Shown: one piece after another, positions 10,201 through 19,200 of the stretch
Layout: each line of letters begins with the position of its first letter
How positions within the stretch are numbered: the stretch's first letter is position 1
Source: a virus
Taxonomy: Duplodnaviria > Caudoviricetes
Virus record (IMG/VR): IMGVR_UViG_3300030104_006170
Strand: one strand, 5' to 3'
DNA: 64,000 nucleotides
Position numbers and translations under genes: made by a program
Notes under the pieces: generated by a model
Seen by the model: the letters and a program-made list of their open reading frames with translations, nothing else
The model's database searches: none
Told to the model about the DNA's origin: nothing

Positions 10201-11254
10201 TATTAAATGATAAAGAAAAACATTTATCACTTCTGGAAACAATTTTATTATCTCTAAGTTCATTAATCCAACCTAGGGGATACATTTCTTTACCGTTTTT
10301 TATTACCTTTCTACTTGTTTTTATTTTACCATATTCTACTTCTCTAGATATATTATAAGGTATTTCAATAATATTACTATCAGTTAACCCCACATTTTCT
10401 AAATTTGTATTTAAATTTTGTGGGTTTTTTATAGTGTATACTTCACTACTCATTAATGTTAGTGAAGATGCGTCAACATTTTGTTTAACTAATTCTTTAT
10501 TGTAGTCAAAAATAATTTCTCTAGAAGCTAAATCATTACTACTTAAAGGTATGTATGTCGTATCTAATTTTATGTTAGGTGTTACATTTATTATAGGTTC
10601 CGGTGAAACAATAGGTAATTCTGTACCTTGTACTATAGTTATCTCTTCTTTTTGTGTTTTAAACCCTAGAGATTTTATGAATTGACCTTCGGACTGTATG
10701 TGTATATCCAAATCAAAAGAATACATATCAGCCACACTTTTTGGCATGTACGCTCCGGGTAATAACATTTGTAGTGAGTGAAATTTACCCATAACCATAT
10801 TTTGAAATGGTAGCATTGCTCCTACACCCCTAACAGCATTTTTTGATATTTCTGTAGAAAAGTAGTTTGGGTGTGATAAAAAGGCTCCAAAACCGTTACC
10901 TTTAACACTTTCAAAACTATGTACTCCTTTATTGGTTTTGAATACCTCTAGGAACATATCTGTTTTTCTTAAGTTTATAACATTAGAGTTTTGAGTACCT
11001 CTAGGAGCATAAGAATGTTTTTTAATTTTTAAATGGTTGGCAGAAAATCTCAGGAACAACCTTTCTTCTTCACCCTGATACATACAAATAGCTTCTACTA
11101 AATTTTCAGTATTGTAAGTTATGGTCATACATTTTTTCTTATTGCAAGCCCTACTTGTAGTATTGTCTGGTGTGTTAGAGAGTAAAAGTAAAAATTTTAT
11201 CTCATCACCCAATACTCTCAAGTCTATATATGATTTATATGTTTTATTTGCCAT
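7289..11254 (-). CDS. Large modular virion-associated protein with Cys-rich C-terminal modules
   Basis: 1321-aa ORF. C-terminal YTCKGGLCIQDSRGVYSSLDECIARC and CKKGHYWCEKRGCIP modules resemble those of the 2894-aa protein. Confidence 0.6.
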   Translation of the reverse strand: MANKTYKSYIDLRVLGDEIKFLLLLSNTPDNTTSRACNKKKCMTITYNTENLVEAICMYQGEEERLFLRFSANHLKIKKHSYAPRGTQNSNVINLRKTDMFLEVFKTNKGVHSFESVKGNGFGAFLSHPNYFSTEISKNAVRGVGAMLPFQNMVMGKFHSLQMLLPGAYMPKSVADMYSFDLDIHIQSEGQFIKSLGFKTQKEEITIVQGTELPIVSPEPIINVTPNIKLDTTYIPLSSNDLASREIIFDYNKELVKQNVDASSLTLMSSEVYTIKNPQNLNTNLENVGLTDSNIIEIPYNISREVEYGKIKTSRKVIKNGKEMYPLGWINELRDNKIVSRSDKCFSLSFNSREQLIAFSEKLKKQQIGNIETYPVVNKQSDSRDTIVRPKKTYSKISQWIERSLLDEYNDVRFTYDSDAYIESIMICPRKKTKVNNNAGVTKEMYSDGTLLRQLNGEPYIGDYHYNPKLGPVTGKDSNSTNQQLLTELYCYAPISANSTTDFYLTTYSMKKVDIYSSFTSTTSSSYEPNYTYDLHISGDSFSAHSATTGTTSIPISNMDREYICPMINDVNKQYKPYSFSGVYSGNTGGSLALDENNPKHYMTYTVKSSGVYRFTYKAFLNVKYTDTKWCDYVSRICPSAVTATTGIFPQNDYQTKRLINTSIIQGGEDETRTTLQDTGGKAHPGYRFKRPGDGWWDQTPINSGIMKFNFEASILKYSSGSTTEGTVTGGTSGTPSTIVSSSVKRANIDGYADNYLTLDVSENDKFSNTYNVCITTGASATTIFSKQIPIVLDTGLISLAAGDIIELAYDLNWESISKGNYFGGGGTTNLDINLGHEIDNLGNKIASPWYRGVKLSSSIIYKNLFFDASKQSKPFLMKTDGMDKEVRLDGTLYLSDRKCGNIKRPTITPQSFLNQTFLDSSAPNHKLVWDITSPTPVNNWKNLLEDNIIKDYQLTNSPQNKLTAMKKEGIFCFYLPTYNSEFGAKCDFNFPQITQSYVIINEFKNFFGNDLTHYLVVTPTCNFYKPCSGTKLLSDYDILHKTRPDRWKVQNVDKKITIDGKEITILSSESHSNPKPKTLSNQTICKYFCDCGQDVAEHLEIDPIYGITDLFTDLEGQNCTDCVENSRKHCSQIHAKCKPVIIEDCSELKDYAQSTTETGIPIKLKGTIIVNPATTTGRGKPKPDDKDDDVEIEGKAAVKGPGDISDMEIFYTCKGGLCIQDSRGVYSSLDECIARCERVDNNNDPSKPKEPVSPTEEAATEAVIDSKAVVEEGVKGKPTSKDEITRILKESIQEKEEAGVCKKGHYWCEKRGCIPLKEEC

Positions 11255-11259
11255 AACTT

Positions 11260-14200
11260 TTAATATCCACCACCACCACTAGACATACCTCCTCCTGTTG
11301 ACATTCCTCCAGAAGGACTAGATGGTCTATTTGTGTTTATACTACTACCTACACCACTTCTAATAGTTTGTGTGTTTTCTGTAGGGGTTAAAGTGTAGTT
11401 TTCTAACCAACTTAGGTCATCAAAACCTAATTCTTTCAAACCTTTTATACATAATAAATTATCGGTACTTCCTTTTTTTGTAAAGACAGCCTTAGATGTA
11501 AATTTTGTTCTGTTGGTTTGAAAACTATTTGATAGTTTATTTGTTTCTTTACTAAGAAGTGGACTACCCGTAAATCTACCTTGATTGTTTATATTGTAAG
11601 AATTTGCATAACTAGAAAGTGGTATGGTTCCTGAACCAGAAAATAAATTATTATAGTAAGTTGTACCAGATTGTGGGGGTGTAGGCATAGACATCATTCT
11701 AGCTGAGTTACTAAATAACGGCCATGGATAACCAGTATAACCACTTGCGGAAGTAGTAAACGTCATTGAGTACACACTTTGTAGTGGGTCACCACTTACA
11801 CTAAAACATTTATAAACAAATTTATCTCTATGAAATGCAGAATTTTCTACCTTAACCCCACTAGTCCATAATGTTGTGGTAGGTACCATCTGTTCTACAA
11901 TTTTTATCCAATAGTCACCTAATGCCTGAGCGTAATCAATCATCTTTTGGTATGTGTACTGATTATTTTCACCACAATTTTTATGCAAATAATCTAAATA
12001 AATTTGTTGTAGTGTTGGGTACCCTCCTGTCTTACCGTCGTTTATAGTCATTCTATTTTTGGCGTCTATAAAAACTTTCCAAAAATTATTTTTAAATGTT
12101 TTAAAGTCTAAGGTTTTTGCGTTTATTTTTGGATTCGTAGAATCCCAAACCCCTCCTGGTCTAGGATATGGTGAAGGTAATGTACCACCACTAAAGAAAC
12201 AATCCGATTTGACCGACTGTTGCCATACATCATAAGTTAAACCTTGTCCTATATTTAATGATAAGTCAACATTTTTTACATTTAATACTAGTTTTTCATT
12301 TAATGTTTGGTAGTAAGCGTCTCTATTGTTAAAAGAATAATCTCTATCTTGTTTTCCTTCTTTATAGACCCAAGATTTTTTATCATCGTTAATTCTGGTA
12401 AGACCAAAACCAAATGACATATGTGGAAATCTTCTAAATCTATCAAGATAAGGTGCTTTAACTAAATTAGAGTATTGACCCATAGTCCAAAAACCTCCCC
12501 ATGTGAACTCAGCATACTTAGTTACCGCGTTAGGTGTACAACCAGTCAAAGTGGAAGCGCTTAGATTTAAAACTAAATCTGATTTATGTTCTTCTGTCAT
12601 TTCAAACCAACCGGCACCTCGTTGGAAAAAGTAACTTTCTGTGAGTCTTGGTTTTGTTGGGTATCCCTGTTCATCTATAGGATAGTCATCTAAGATGAAA
12701 GGATTAAAAGTAGTACCTGTAGAAATATAATATTGATTAAATGGTATACTATAATTTAGTGTTTCAGTAGTGTAGGAACCTCCTGATATTTTTTCCCACT
12801 GGTAATCAAATCTATTTTGTATTTTTTTGTAACTAGGAACTTCACCGGCTGCTGTTTGAATCCACTCAAATCTCATACCTGGATTCATGTTTATTGGAGC
12901 TCCCGCTATAACCACATATTCATTAAATTCAACTAAAGCTTCTGGTGCACCTAGTAGGGTGAGTAAAAATTCTATAGATTTTCTAGTTCCTTTTGACTTA
13001 AATAAGTAAGCTGTGTTTAACAGTATTCTTCTATACAATTCAATGTCCAGTTCTGCTGGTGTTTGAGACATACTAGTACCTGAGTATTCTGGTACACTTA
13101 CACCCAACACACTATCTAAAAATGTTGTGTTATTTAATGTACTAGGTGTTGACCATCCTAGTGTTTTTGCGAAATTTTTTATTAATTCATTAGGTATACT
13201 ATTTTTACCATCATAGGTTACATTTGTCATATAAGCTATCCCATCAACAAAAGTTTTTATATCATCAAAACTTCTACCGTAAATTTGTAAAGTTTTTTCT
13301 ACGTGTTGGTTGGTTCCGTCAAATTCTTTTAACTGAGGTGATGTTAAAAATCTAGAAACTAAATTTGTTTTTTCTTTATCAATTTCATCACCTAAATCCG
13401 CTAATTTTACTAGATAGTTAGTATACTCATCACTAATTATATCTATATTTACATTGTCTTCTAAAGGCCAAGTTTGTTTTACTTTATCATAATATTTTAC
13501 ACCGTTAGTTGTTTCTTTTACGACTTGAAATATTGATGTATATATAGGTGTGATGTCTCTATTAACTAAAAACCTTTCTACATTGTCTAAATTTTTAAAC
13601 TCTTCTTCTGTTTGGTTTTGAGTTGGTTTTATGTAGAATGTTTCTGTTGTTGAGGTTACTGCTGTACCACCTGTTAATGGTAAGTTAAATGGGTTACCTT
13701 CTACAGTAAATTCTATGTAGTCTGTGGTTGTTGTTTGTGGTTTAAATTCTTTAACAATATACTCTTTTTCACCTATTTGACCACTAAAACTCAAAGCGTA
13801 TTTTTTAAAATGTTGTGTAATATTTCTAATTGGTGCTACAGTTCCGTCAGCAATATTTAGTAGGGTATCAGCAGAAACACCAAAAGTATTAAAATTATTT
13901 AATATTTGTTCCTTACTTATTACACCATTTAATAAATCTCCATTTGTGGTAAATTCTAAACTAAATGGGTTGGATAGTGTGTTTACGTTGGTTTTAAATG
14001 TAGTTTCTTCTGTACTATAGTCATATAAAATATCGTAAGCTGTAGTGTTACCTGAAACTAGATTAATGTTGACTCCATCTATAAATAAAGCTGCGGGAAA
14101 AAAATTAACCACATTTTGTGTTGCTACAGCTAAACGTTTTTTTAGTGACCCGTATAAAACAAAACTAGATATCTCACTCATATCATTATTAACAAAAACC

Positions 14201-14451
14201 TCTAAACTATTACTTGTTAATTTTTGAGCTAAAGCTAAGCTTTCATTACTTAGGGATTCTAGGGTTATTGGATTTGAGAATGTTCCTAGATTATATTCTG
14301 GTGTATTTGGTTGATTATATGAAGGTTGGGTATAAAAATTACCTAGTGTCATTTGTTGGGACCCCATGAATTGGTTCCCCACTAAAAAATCACTGAAGGT
14401 ATCCCCTCCGTTATTAGGGGCCGGTGGATATCTAAATCGATTACTAGCCAT
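11260..14451 (-). CDS. Baseplate wedge protein (P2 gpI / T4 gp7-like segment)
   Basis: LYRRILLNTAYLFKSKGTRKSIEFLLTLLG matches the gpI-type KGT motif; tail cluster context. Confidence 0.55.
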   Translation of the reverse strand: MASNRFRYPPAPNNGGDTFSDFLVGNQFMGSQQMTLGNFYTQPSYNQPNTPEYNLGTFSNPITLESLSNESLALAQKLTSNSLEVFVNNDMSEISSFVLYGSLKKRLAVATQNVVNFFPAALFIDGVNINLVSGNTTAYDILYDYSTEETTFKTNVNTLSNPFSLEFTTNGDLLNGVISKEQILNNFNTFGVSADTLLNIADGTVAPIRNITQHFKKYALSFSGQIGEKEYIVKEFKPQTTTTDYIEFTVEGNPFNLPLTGGTAVTSTTETFYIKPTQNQTEEEFKNLDNVERFLVNRDITPIYTSIFQVVKETTNGVKYYDKVKQTWPLEDNVNIDIISDEYTNYLVKLADLGDEIDKEKTNLVSRFLTSPQLKEFDGTNQHVEKTLQIYGRSFDDIKTFVDGIAYMTNVTYDGKNSIPNELIKNFAKTLGWSTPSTLNNTTFLDSVLGVSVPEYSGTSMSQTPAELDIELYRRILLNTAYLFKSKGTRKSIEFLLTLLGAPEALVEFNEYVVIAGAPINMNPGMRFEWIQTAAGEVPSYKKIQNRFDYQWEKISGGSYTTETLNYSIPFNQYYISTGTTFNPFILDDYPIDEQGYPTKPRLTESYFFQRGAGWFEMTEEHKSDLVLNLSASTLTGCTPNAVTKYAEFTWGGFWTMGQYSNLVKAPYLDRFRRFPHMSFGFGLTRINDDKKSWVYKEGKQDRDYSFNNRDAYYQTLNEKLVLNVKNVDLSLNIGQGLTYDVWQQSVKSDCFFSGGTLPSPYPRPGGVWDSTNPKINAKTLDFKTFKNNFWKVFIDAKNRMTINDGKTGGYPTLQQIYLDYLHKNCGENNQYTYQKMIDYAQALGDYWIKIVEQMVPTTTLWTSGVKVENSAFHRDKFVYKCFSVSGDPLQSVYSMTFTTSASGYTGYPWPLFSNSARMMSMPTPPQSGTTYYNNLFSGSGTIPLSSYANSYNINNQGRFTGSPLLSKETNKLSNSFQTNRTKFTSKAVFTKKGSTDNLLCIKGLKELGFDDLSWLENYTLTPTENTQTIRSGVGSSINTNRPSSPSGGMSTGGGMSSGGGGY

Positions 14452-14456
14452 AATTA

Positions 14457-15377
14457 CTAAAAGTTAGTTATTGTACTAAACGCTTGACTAAAATCAATAT
14501 TGTTTCCTCTATTTTGTTTTACTTCATATAATTGTCCATTAAACTGGTCTCTTACTTCATATAAGTCATATTGCATGTATATGTTGTCAGCACCAGATAA
14601 ATCATAGAGAGTGTAAATTCCATTATCGATAGATTTGGCTTGATTTCCATACAGTGCGATAGCTAGTGTATCGAAATCGTGGTCTACCATTTCTATGTCG
14701 AGTACGGTTGGGTTAAAGTAAGTGTTAGTGATTATGACTGATTGTCCTGGTTGTCCTATAAAAGGAATAGCATTTGGGTTATTAGATGGTGCACTTGTAG
14801 GTGTTAGGGTACAATAAACCAAATTAGTCTTTGCATTTGTATATACGTATCTAGGTGATGTTTGACTAGGGTTGGTGTTATTTTGTTCTACTGTTGTACA
14901 ATAAAAATTAGAAGTAACTATTCTGTAAAAATTATTTATTTTTGCTCCACTATCTGCATCTAAGTATTCTATTCTATAACCTACTAAATCCATAGGTGAA
15001 AATCTATTTCTAAATTGTATAGGTATACTATTTAAATCAAATACCAGACCTTTCACATTAGGTAGTGATGATAATATACCACAATCTAATATAGTAGTTC
15101 TTATTTCTATTGGTCTTATATAAACAGTATATACACCTTTATTAGAAAATACAGCTGAAGGTAATTTTAAATCGTATAAACCACCCAATATTTCTCCTGC
15201 TGGTCCACCTGTTTGTAGTCCATTATGTACTATAGGTGTTAATACACTTGCTGCGTTTATTTCAAAAACAGAAACAGGGGAACTTGCATCTCGGTTTGCC
15301 TGTTGATGTACTAATATTTGTACGTCTTCAACTTTTACGTCCGCTGGTCTTTTAATTCCGTATGCTCCTAATGCCAT
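14457..15377 (-). CDS. Hypothetical virion structural protein
   Basis: 306-aa ORF tightly packed between structural genes; no recognisable catalytic motif. Confidence 0.7.
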   Translation of the reverse strand: MALGAYGIKRPADVKVEDVQILVHQQANRDASSPVSVFEINAASVLTPIVHNGLQTGGPAGEILGGLYDLKLPSAVFSNKGVYTVYIRPIEIRTTILDCGILSSLPNVKGLVFDLNSIPIQFRNRFSPMDLVGYRIEYLDADSGAKINNFYRIVTSNFYCTTVEQNNTNPSQTSPRYVYTNAKTNLVYCTLTPTSAPSNNPNAIPFIGQPGQSVIITNTYFNPTVLDIEMVDHDFDTLAIALYGNQAKSIDNGIYTLYDLSGADNIYMQYDLYEVRDQFNGQLYEVKQNRGNNIDFSQAFSTITNF

Positions 15378-15380
15378 AGT

Positions 15381-15602
15381 TTATGGTTGTTTTTCTATTT
15401 TATAATATCCGTACCCGTGTAGTTCTAAATCTCCAGTACTATTTATTTGTCCTAATCTTTGTGGTTTTTCAAATACGGTTATTTTACCTCTTTCAATAAA
15501 TATATTTGACCTTACTTCCGGTCTTTGACAAACATTCATTAATACCTCTAATTTTGTTAGGGGTAAAATACATCCTACTGTTTTTACTTCTGTTAATGCC
15601 AT
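15381..15602 (-). CDS. Small structural protein or detached C-terminal domain
   Basis: 73-aa ORF with its own upstream TATTTAT motif (15616-15622); abuts the 306-aa gene. Confidence 0.7.
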   Translation of the reverse strand: MALTEVKTVGCILPLTKLEVLMNVCQRPEVRSNIFIERGKITVFEKPQRLGQINSTGDLELHGYGYYKIEKQP

Positions 15603-15631
15603 TACTTATTTTATAATAAATATCATAACAC

Positions 15632-16264
15632 TTATTTCTCTACTAGTTCTGATGTAGGAAAATATTTTTTATATTCTCTTAGATAAATTTCATCGTCGTA
15701 TTTAAAACCATTATTAATTCTGGTTATTTGTTTTTGTGATGGAAATTGTAGTTTAGTAACCCACAGTCCATTAATAACTTCTTCTTCTATATTCCAATTA
15801 GAAACTATCAATCCGTTTCTTTTAACGTGTTCTGCATAGGCAAGACCTACTTTTTCAAAACTATATGGTTTACAATTTTCTATACCTCCTCTGTAACAAA
15901 TTTTATTTAGTTCTACATTTTCTCTATTTTGGTAATAAATGTCTATGTAAAAATCACAATCCTCTAATGCTATTCTAGATAAATCTATCAAAGTATCCCT
16001 AATTAGTTCTAAAGTATTCTCACCATCGTCCACTAAAATAATATCTATATCCCAACTTTGCCAAGGCAGATTCCCTTTTATATAGTTTGGGAATGAACCA
16101 GTTAGTAATAAGTCAAAATTATTAAAATATGGTTTTTCTTCTATAATACTTAACCATTTTTCAAATCTTCTTAACGTTGGTCTATATATTTTCTTATTTA
16201 CTGATATAGGCCCTACTTCAAATCTAAAAAATCTTCCAAATTCTATTTCTCTCCTTATACTCAT
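15632..16264 (-). CDS. DNA polymerase beta-superfamily nucleotidyltransferase
   Basis: LLLTGSF followed by WDIDIILV (hGS..DxD) and a later candidate third Asp (YIDIY). Confidence 0.65.
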   Translation of the reverse strand: MSIRREIEFGRFFRFEVGPISVNKKIYRPTLRRFEKWLSIIEEKPYFNNFDLLLTGSFPNYIKGNLPWQSWDIDIILVDDGENTLELIRDTLIDLSRIALEDCDFYIDIYYQNRENVELNKICYRGGIENCKPYSFEKVGLAYAEHVKRNGLIVSNWNIEEEVINGLWVTKLQFPSQKQITRINNGFKYDDEIYLREYKKYFPTSELVEK

Positions 16265-16265
16265 A

Positions 16266-19200
16266 TTAACTTAACTCTGTAGGGCCATCACTCACAGAAG
16301 GCATACATTTACATTTATTCCAATCCCAGTAATATCCCTTAGCACAACTTTCAGTTTGTATACAAGGTTCTTCTGTTGGTTCTAAATCATCATCGTGTGG
16401 ACCAATTATTATTGGGACACAACTACAATCTGCTTGTGACCAAACTTGTCCCAGAGGACATGCCCACGATGGTGGTACACAGCACTTGGATGGTGATTGT
16501 GAAGTCCAACCAATACCCAACCAAAACTCACAATCACAAGGAACAGATGAGGTATTTAAGGTTTGGTAACTCCAAGTACCATCTTTTTTAAGTTTTCCAC
16601 AACACTCTTCACATGGTTGGTCTGGTGGTGGACAAGGTGCATTTTGACATGCTTGTAAACTACTATATGCACCACCTTGTGTTGGTATACAGTCATAATT
16701 ACTTGGGTTACCTAAAAGTGGTCTATGTACACAATCGTATTTTAGAGTACCACCGTTATTACATGGGAATACCCCTGTAGATGAACAACTAACCCAACCA
16801 GTCCATTTTCCGGTAAATGTAGAATACATTCCATAATATTCTAATATTCCATCACCATTCATATCGTATATACTACAAGCTTGAGATTGGGAATGAGGGT
16901 CAGATGCCCACGCCTCACCAAAATCATCTACGTCTGATGATTCCATACAACAATAACAACAACCGTCAGTTGGGTCTACGACACACTGGTTATGTGTAAA
17001 ATGTTGATGTCCTACGGTTTTCCACTGTAAAGGTAAAGTTGCTCCCCAGTTAGTAGCCATGTAAGTGTCACAATTATCACAATCTACTGTTGTCCCGGTA
17101 GTTGAGTTGCAAGGACCTCCGTCAGTTGTGATTTTACAACCCATCCACATTCCCCCACCTATATTTACACCTACATGTAATGATGGTTGATGTTGGGATT
17201 TACAGATTGGTTTTGATGGTGTAGGTCCTGAATTTCCTGGACCTGAACCTCCTGGACCTGAACCTCCTGGACCTGAGTGAGATATAGTACCATCATTCCT
17301 TGTAATTGCATGGTCGTCATCATGTGGGTCTGGTCCGGTAAAAGCTCTAACACAACAATAACAACAACCGTCAGTTGGGTCTGTCACACAATCATTCTCT
17401 ACATAGTGTGGGTTGAATGTGGAGTACCATATACCTTCATAATCTATAGGTCCTGATAAATAACCAGATAAGGTTTGTGCACAATCTTCACAACCTGATT
17501 TACAATCTGCTACACATAGTGATAAAGCGTTTGGTCCTTGGTATTGAGCTGTACCTGTATTATTTTGAACACAATTACACGTACCAGGACAATTAACACA
17601 ATCGTAACCTATATCTGGTGGTGTTGTTGGACATAGTGGGTCACAAGGCCACCATATTGGTCCTCTATTTTGAGCATTTTGTTCTTGGGTTGTTGCTGGT
17701 GTTGTTGTACCATTATAAAATAATCCTAATAAGTGGTTTTGGTAGATTTGACTAGGTGAATAATTCATAATATCACTACCAGTAAAATGACAACTATCAC
17801 AAACTAAGACATAACAACAATCATCATATGGGTCTTGGACTATATCAAATGCATTATATATGGTTGCTGTAAACCAAAGACCCACAATATTTGTTGAGGC
17901 TAGTGGAAGAGTTTGTGTAAAACCTATACTATATGTACCATTATGTTTGATGTAAGTAGGTGTTATAAAAGAAGACGGTGGACACTCTTTAGCACAGTCA
18001 TCTGATTGTATTTCACAACAATTTGATATTGGTATTCCGTTTTGACAATCAGATAGGGAAGAATATGTACCAAACAGAGGATTGGCTACACATTTACATA
18101 AACCATTATTACCCACAACACAGTCCCATCTTGTTTTTCCTGTATAACAACACTCATTAACTTGAGCTTCACAATCTGCTTGACTTGCGTATCCACCACC
18201 AGGAGAAGCTGTTTGTACACATTTACACCCTGTTGGTGTACCGAAGTCTATACATTCCCATTCTTTAGTTACTCCAGTATAACAACAATTATGGTTTACA
18301 GCTGTCTGACAATCGTGTAAAGTTGCATATTGGTCAAAAGGCCCACCTAGAACACAATTACAATCAGGTGTGCATTTCCATCTATCTGGCATTGTGTTAC
18401 CTGAACAACATGTAGTTGGGTCATTTTCACAATCAAATAAAGCGTTTGGTCCGGTATAACTACCCATCCCTGCTGGTACAACAACACATTCACATTTAAA
18501 ATTATGTGCACCTACAGGACCTATAACTGGAATTTGTCTACACTCATACTCATCATACCTTACCGTACAACAATTTTGAGAATTATAACACTCTGTTTGA
18601 GAACTAAATCCTGTTATATCATTTGGAATGAATACACAGTCACAAATTTTTGGGTCGCATTTCCAACTACCACAACAAGGGTCATTATTTAAAGTAGCTT
18701 GACAATCGGGTAGATTATTAAAAGCTCCTGTAGGACCAGTAATCATAACACAAGTACATGGACTTTGTCTACACTCACATGGGTCTAGTGTTATAGTCAT
18801 ACATTTGTCTCTAGTTTTAGAACCCCATACAAGATTTATCCCTAAACACACATCATCAAAACTACTTGATAAACTCAATAGTGTACCGGTTGGTGATGTT
18901 ACACCAGCACCTGCTAAACTAGTAATCATGGAACTCCATGTGTTATAAGTTTGAGGTATCCCTAAGCTCATTCCAGCACTGATATGTATACCTATTGGTC
19001 CACCTGGAGTAACTAATGGTAATCCATTGTCTAAACATGGATTAGTTGGACTAAATGGGAATCCCCCATAAGGAAATTTAATATTGTATATATTAGTAGT
19101 TTGTAAGTAGGGTACCCCACTAGGATTTCCTATCATTTGTAGTACGTCATGTTGGTCTAAGAGTGTGGTTGTTGGTGTAATTTTTGTTAGGTTAGAACAA

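Noticed and set aside
17236-17276. GPGGS tandem repeat as collagen-like or phase-variable element
   Set aside because: Under three units, in-frame 15-bp period and not Gly-X-Y; best explained as a flexible linker.
16947-17382. Repeat pair as a DGR template/variable repeat
   Set aside because: Only 31 bp, identical with no adenine-specific mismatches, and no reverse transcriptase in the window.
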